A stretch of 64,000 nt of DNA, from positions 182,618-246,617 of the forward strand of contig CAJXPX010000001.1 in the NCBI GenBank assembly GCA_913058335.1, given 5' to 3'. The number at the start of each line of letters is the position of its first letter. Position 1 is the stretch's first letter. Made by a program: the position numbers and the translations under genes. This document shows, piece after piece, positions 59,089-64,000 of this stretch. The DNA is from an uncultured Hyphomonadaceae bacterium. Lineage in GTDB: Bacteria > Pseudomonadota > Alphaproteobacteria > Caulobacterales > Maricaulaceae. The notes beneath the pieces were generated by a model. The model was not told the DNA's origin. It worked only from the letters and a program-made list of their open reading frames with translations, and made no database searches.

Positions 59089-60252
59089 TTAAAGAGCCTC
59101 TATGATCGTGACATTGGCTATTCCGCCGCCTTCACACATTGTTTGCAATCCGTATCTCAAATTTCGTGCCTCTAAGGCATTAATTAATGTTGCCATTAAC
59201 TTAGCTCCCGTTGCACCGAGAGGATGTCCTAGGGCAATAGCGCCTCCATTAACGTTAAGCTTGCTTGGATCAGCTCCAGTATGTTCTAACCACGCCATAG
59301 GTACTGGCGCAAAAGCTTCATTTACTTCGAACAGATCTATATCATTAATCGACAATCCAGCTCTTTTTAGGGCTTTTTCTGTCGCAAAGAGAGGCTCTTC
59401 CAACATTATAACGGGATCGCCCGCCGTAACGGTCAAATTAATAATTTGTGCCCGGGGGGTCAGATTGTGCTCTTTTAACGCTTTCTCGGAACAAATCAGA
59501 ACAGCGGAGCTCCCATCGCAGATTTGACTTGCATTAGCTGCCGATAAAATACCGTCTTCGGCCATAGGCTCCAACGCTCTCATGGACTTTAATGATGCGT
59601 CAAAGCGAACGCCTTGGTCTTGCTTATGCTTTACGGAGGTTCCGTCCGGCAAAACCACATCCACCGGTAGAATTTCATTGTCAAACGCACCAGCTTCAAT
59701 GGCCTGAACAGCTTTTTCGTGACTTTTTAATGAGAAAGCATCTACATCATCGCGCGAATATCCGTATTTTTTTGCCATCATTTCCGCTCCAACAAATTGG
59801 CTGAAACTCGGAACTCCAAATTTTTCTTTCGTCGCGTCACTAATCGGAGACGCGCCTGTGTCTTTCAGCATATTCGAAAACATGGGCGCGCGTGTCATGC
59901 TCTCAACCCCACCTGCAATTACCATGTCTTGTGTGCCGGACATAACCGCCTGAGCCGCAAAATGAATGCTTTGCTGTGAAGATCCACATTGGCGATCGAT
60001 TGAGACAGCCGGGACGCTCTGCGGTAAATTAGACGCCAAAACACAATTTCGGCCAATATGTAAAGATTGCTCGCCCGCTTGCGTCACACATCCGAAAATT
60101 ACGTCGTCCACAGCTTTAGGATTAAATTTATTTCTGGATAGCAAGCCATTAAGGCTAACTGCTCCAAGGTCTGTCGGATGAATACCGGCAAGGTTACCTT
60201 TACGACGCCCGCCAGCTGTTCGAACAGCATCTACTATATAAGCTTCTGACAT
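59089..60252 (-). CDS. Acetyl-CoA C-acyltransferase (thiolase)
   Basis: DRQCGSSQ, NEAFA, GGAIALGHPLGATG, MCEGGG. Confidence 0.95.
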   Translation of the reverse strand: MSEAYIVDAVRTAGGRRKGNLAGIHPTDLGAVSLNGLLSRNKFNPKAVDDVIFGCVTQAGEQSLHIGRNCVLASNLPQSVPAVSIDRQCGSSQQSIHFAAQAVMSGTQDMVIAGGVESMTRAPMFSNMLKDTGASPISDATKEKFGVPSFSQFVGAEMMAKKYGYSRDDVDAFSLKSHEKAVQAIEAGAFDNEILPVDVVLPDGTSVKHKQDQGVRFDASLKSMRALEPMAEDGILSAANASQICDGSSAVLICSEKALKEHNLTPRAQIINLTVTAGDPVIMLEEPLFATEKALKRAGLSINDIDLFEVNEAFAPVPMAWLEHTGADPSKLNVNGGAIALGHPLGATGAKLMATLINALEARNLRYGLQTMCEGGGIANVTIIEAL

Positions 60253-60319
60253 TGATTATTTCCCTAGATTACATTCGGCCTTTTGCCCTCGCTGACAAAG
60301 GCTCAAATTCAATATTTTA

Positions 60320-60643
60320 TCACTGCGCTTCCGGCGTCTTGACGGTAAGCCCGTCCAAACTTTTATCGAGTTTGATCTGACAGCCCAAGCGGGATGTCTC
60401 TTTTACATTTTCTGCAAAATCCAACATGCTAGCTTCCATGTCTTCTTTTGCAGGTAATTTATCAAACCAAGCCTCATGGACATAAACATGGCAAGTTGCA
60501 CACCCGCAGGCCCCACCGCATTCAGCATCAATGCCAGGAACCATATTGTCTATCGCAGCTTCCATAACCGTTTTACCTTCGGCCACCTCCACAACCCGTT
60601 CAGTCTCTTCGTGATCAATAAATTTAACTTTGAGCATTTTCAT
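60320..60643 (-). CDS. [2Fe-2S] ferredoxin, putidaredoxin/adrenodoxin type
   Basis: [14 protein letters not shown]...SRLGCQ. Confidence 0.95.
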   Translation of the reverse strand: MKMLKVKFIDHEETERVVEVAEGKTVMEAAIDNMVPGIDAECGGACGCATCHVYVHEAWFDKLPAKEDMEASMLDFAENVKETSRLGCQIKLDKSLDGLTVKTPEAQ

Positions 60644-60739
60644 AACTTTCTAAATTTACAGGCCACGATCCTACAAGGACTGCAATTATTCGAATTATAC
60701 TTTAATATATATCGCGTTTAATTTGAGATAATTTGCATC

Positions 60740-61513
60740 TTATCTGGGTTGCATCCGAATGCCGCCGTCTAGACGTATACATTCGCCATTTATGTAATCA
60801 TTCTCGACTATGAATTGTGATGTCATGGCGATTTCATCCGGTTGCCCAAGGCGTTGGGGATTCAGGACTGAAGCGGAAAGACCTTTAACAACATCATCAG
60901 GCAAGCCATCAAACATAGGCGTGTGAATGAGTCCCGGCACAATGGTATTGCAACGAATTCCGAGCTTTGCCAAATCTCTGGCAATCACGAGGTTCATCCC
61001 TACTACACCTCCTTTTGAAGCACTGTAAGCCACTTGACCAATTTGGCCTTCATAAGCTGCAACGGACGCTGTATTGACGATGACGCCCCGCTGTCCATCC
61101 TCTGTAGCCAGGTCATTTTTCGCCATAGCTTCTGCAGCGAGTCGAGTCACATTAAAGGTGCCGATTAGATTTATTTCGATGACCTTTTTAAATGTTTCTA
61201 AGGAGTGCGCCCCGGAGCGGGGGTCATAAGTTTTAGCGCCAACTGCAATGCCCGCATAATTGCAACAAATATGTAGCTCGCCAAAGTTCTCAACGCACGC
61301 CCCTATACTTTTTTGCACAGAGGATTCGTTTGTTACGTCTGTTTTACAAAAAATTGCGTTCCCGCCTAATTCATCCGCCAATTTATTACCTGCCTCTTCG
61401 TTGAGGTCAAAAATCGCAACCTTAACTCCAAGACCTACAAACCGTCGAACGGTTGCCTCCCCTAACCCTGAGGCGCCACCAGTAACTATTGCAACTTTGT
61501 CTTTGAGCTTCAT
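60740..61513 (-). CDS. SDR, type II 3-hydroxyacyl-CoA dehydrogenase (HSD17B10-like)
   Basis: TGGASGLG, GQRGVIVNTASVAAYEGQIGQVAYSASKGGV, RLDGGIRM. Confidence 0.92.
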   Translation of the reverse strand: MKLKDKVAIVTGGASGLGEATVRRFVGLGVKVAIFDLNEEAGNKLADELGGNAIFCKTDVTNESSVQKSIGACVENFGELHICCNYAGIAVGAKTYDPRSGAHSLETFKKVIEINLIGTFNVTRLAAEAMAKNDLATEDGQRGVIVNTASVAAYEGQIGQVAYSASKGGVVGMNLVIARDLAKLGIRCNTIVPGLIHTPMFDGLPDDVVKGLSASVLNPQRLGQPDEIAMTSQFIVENDYINGECIRLDGGIRMQPR

Positions 61514-61741
61514 ACTTTTAAATCCTTTGATTCCTAATTTTGTTAAATCTATTTCCCGTCATAAAGCCTAATAGTCGACCTAAAATCCCAATTGGCAAGA
61601 TTAGGAGCGAACAGGCGTAATTTAATATGAAAGAATGTTCCCAGAGTTATTTTTAAATTTTAACTAGTCTGCAACAACATCTCGAACAATAGCTGAAAAA
61701 GTCTGAATTGAGCCATTCGCGCCAAGTAGTAGCGCTAAGGC

Positions 61742-62938
61742 TTAACGCTTACGCCTGCTCAAAAACTCTAATGAAATAGCGCATATCCCAGCTATAATGG
61801 CAATCGGTATAACGCCAATCAAAACACTAGAAGTACTACCAAGAGACGAGATGAGAAGCGCCCCAAGCAATGGACCGGATATCGACCCTATTCTTCCAGA
61901 GGCCACGGCCGCGCCGACTCCAATGCCCCTTCCCTGAGGTGGATAAAGAGTTGGAGCCAAAGCATAAAGAAAGGATTGTGTGAGATAGACCGAACCACCC
62001 AATGCCATTGCAACCAAAATAGCCATAACATCGGAGTTTATGAGACTAGCAAAATAAAGTATCACGGGGATTGCAGAAAACCCGCCCAGGGCAACAATCC
62101 AATTCTTTCGCCCATCAAGCAAAAACGCCGTAGAATAACAAATTAGGAATCCCCCCAGATTAAACAATAATTGGGCATAAAAAGAAAATTGCTTTGTAAC
62201 CCCTATGCTTGTTAATAAGGTAGGGAGCCAATTTAACACCAAGTATAAAATAACCAGAGTAGAAAAGAAACTAAGCCAGACTAATATACTTATAATTGCG
62301 CGGCCTTCGCCAAATAATGCCGAGCGAGTAGTTAGATTCTCGCGTACCGTTTCCAACCCCTTCTGATTTTTGGGAATATACTTTATTATAACCCAAGCAA
62401 AAAATACGGGTATAATTCCCCCAATCAATATCGGCATTCGCCAGTTATCAGCCATAGCCGCGCCTATCAGGCTCACAAGGCCGCCGCCAATAGGAACACC
62501 ACTGTAGAGCAATGCCAAGGCCCGCTTTTCCTTTCCAGGAGTTGCATTTTCTGCGGTCATAGCCAGTAAAGCTGGCAGCGCGCCTCCTAATCCAAAACCC
62601 GTTAAACCACGACTAATTATTAGCATTGAAGTATTGACTGAAACCGCTGTGAAGACTGAAGCCAACCCAAAGGCTAGAACTGATCCCGCCAACACGGAAA
62701 CTCGAGAATGCTTATCGCAAAGTTTACCGCCCAAGATCGCGCCGAAAAACAAACCGATCGTGCTTGCGCTAAAAAACCACCCTAACAAATTTGTCGAGAG
62801 CTCAAAACGGGCAACAAGGTTTTGCGCCACAATACCCGCCACCTGAAGGTCATAACCTTCAAAAACAGCGATCATAAAACATATCGAAGCCGTGAGCACT
62901 GGAGAGTGGCTCAACCCAACATTTGGTTTTGAAGTCAT
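61742..62938 (-). CDS. MFS aromatic acid transporter (MhpT/AAHS-like)
   Basis: FEGYDLQVAGIVA, GLGGALPALLA, LYPPQGRGIGVGAAVASGRIGS. Confidence 0.85.
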   Translation of the reverse strand: MTSKPNVGLSHSPVLTASICFMIAVFEGYDLQVAGIVAQNLVARFELSTNLLGWFFSASTIGLFFGAILGGKLCDKHSRVSVLAGSVLAFGLASVFTAVSVNTSMLIISRGLTGFGLGGALPALLAMTAENATPGKEKRALALLYSGVPIGGGLVSLIGAAMADNWRMPILIGGIIPVFFAWVIIKYIPKNQKGLETVRENLTTRSALFGEGRAIISILVWLSFFSTLVILYLVLNWLPTLLTSIGVTKQFSFYAQLLFNLGGFLICYSTAFLLDGRKNWIVALGGFSAIPVILYFASLINSDVMAILVAMALGGSVYLTQSFLYALAPTLYPPQGRGIGVGAAVASGRIGSISGPLLGALLISSLGSTSSVLIGVIPIAIIAGICAISLEFLSRRKR

Positions 62939-62968
62939 TTTGTTTAAGAGTACTTTTCCTCAGAAGAA

Positions 62969-63322
62969 TTATAAAATCTTCTCTTCGGTTAATATAAACG
63001 TCGTGCAATTGTCCAAATCAACAAATCTTGCTTCATCAGGCTGAACATTCTCTAAATAATCAGGCTCTGCGAAAGCCGTCTCCATTGCCTCTTTGTTTTT
63101 GAACTTCAGTATGGTGATTCCATCATACTCGCCGGACGATCCAAATAATTCCGCCAATCCATGTCTCTCTTCGTCGTGATGATATTGAATATAGGATTCT
63201 ATGTGACGATTAAAATTTGAGCACTTTTGAATAAGTCCGGCATGATGGCCCTTCCAGTGGTCCGAAAACTCCTTGCGTGTAAGTTTCGGCAATCTCTTAA
63301 CGCCGACGACCATATTTATCAT
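62969..63322 (-). CDS. EthD domain protein
   Basis: KRLPKLTRKEF..HW...H, YDGI..L.F, F..PDY...V.PDE..FVD. Confidence 0.85.
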   Translation of the reverse strand: MINMVVGVKRLPKLTRKEFSDHWKGHHAGLIQKCSNFNRHIESYIQYHHDEERHGLAELFGSSGEYDGITILKFKNKEAMETAFAEPDYLENVQPDEARFVDLDNCTTFILTEEKIL

Positions 63323-64000
63323 GATTTTCTTCCCGTAATCCGATTAGGGTGTTTTGGCATATCAATATCATCAAACATACCAGCATAGCCCAATGTCATA
63401 GGCATCTCCCAATGGAGCATGGAATAGGGATGTCCACGGTCAAATGCGCTGACCTCGTCAAGTCTCTCTAAAACTTCAGACGGCAGTTCTAACGTCATGG
63501 CCGCTAAATTATCTTTCATCTGAGAAACTTTTGTCGCGCCTGCAATCGGAATCACATTTTGGCTCATAACCCATGCCAACGCAATTTGAGCCGGCGTAGC
63601 GTCCAAGGACTTGGCAATGTCTGCCAACGCAATCGCAATCGCTTTATTTCTGTCATCTAGCGGCTGTAATTGCATTGAATCCAACCTTTTTGGTCCATCT
63701 TGGAATTCACCCGAAGTGTATTTGCCGCTCAAAATGCCTCCGGCAAGCGGCGACCATCCTGTAATAGAAATATCATGCGTATGCGCGAGTGGAATATGTT
63801 CGCGCTCAATAGATCTTTGCACCAGACTATACTCTAACTGTATGCAAGATATAGGGGCGAGACCCCGTAAATCATGGAAAGTTTGCGCACGTGATACGAC
63901 CCATGCCGGTACATCCGACAATCCGATATGGAGAATTTTACCCGAAGATATTGCATCATCCAATGCGCGCTGGACTTCTTCTACCGGTGTAGAAAAATCC
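63319..64000 (-). CDS. Aldo/keto reductase, C-terminal part; N-terminus lies beyond the window
   Basis: Frame is open to the edge (DFSTPVEEVQRALDD...), GKILHIGLSD, QLEYSL, WSPLAGGILSGKY, PAQIALAW, IPIAGA. Confidence 0.92.
   Translation of the reverse strand, partial: DFSTPVEEVQRALDDAISSGKILHIGLSDVPAWVVSRAQTFHDLRGLAPISCIQLEYSLVQRSIEREHIPLAHTHDISITGWSPLAGGILSGKYTSGEFQDGPKRLDSMQLQPLDDRNKAIAIALADIAKSLDATPAQIALAWVMSQNVIPIAGATKVSQMKDNLAAMTLELPSEVLERLDEVSAFDRGHPYSMLHWEMPMTLGYAGMFDDIDMPKHPNRITGRKS

Larger units (their letters stand above)
36915..64000. mobile_element. Putative tRNA-Asn-anchored catabolic genomic island (right end outside the window)
   Basis: Abrupt switch from core genes to visibly more AT-rich catabolic genes right after the tRNA 3' end; possible integrase relic; no attR copy seen in the window. 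Confidence 0.6.

Noticed and set aside
1-64000. CRISPR arrays, rRNA, intact IS transposases, reverse transcriptases or prophage genes
   Set aside because: None seen: no regularly spaced repeats and no such motifs in the translated ORFs.

Overview
Alphaproteobacterial chromosome segment; gene content points to the holdfast-bearing Caulobacterales/Hyphomonadales group (inference). Left part (1-36.9 kb): edge of an ABC-type polysaccharide locus, a TonB-receptor/MFS/hydrolase/CoA-ligase uptake module with a TetR regulator, a valine-catabolism (mms) operon, a holdfast-like hfs polysaccharide cluster, gatCAB, ruvX-pyrB-pyrC and tRNA-Asn(GTT). Right of the tRNA (37-64 kb, running off the window) is a visibly more AT-rich catabolic island with a possible decayed integrase, a Rieske oxygenase, a Baeyer-Villiger monooxygenase, CoA ligases, hydratases, two TonB receptors and a repeated 18-bp palindromic operator. 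Most intriguing signal: a ~290-nt GC-rich, helix-dense non-coding element at ~9940-10231 (minus strand) that I cannot match to any RNA family I know. Also found: an unannotated 58-aa paralog of a small membrane protein behind gatB, and a Tyr-rich low-complexity tail on HfsA in a cluster without hfsB/hfsC. All calls come from reading the sequence by eye; no searches were run.
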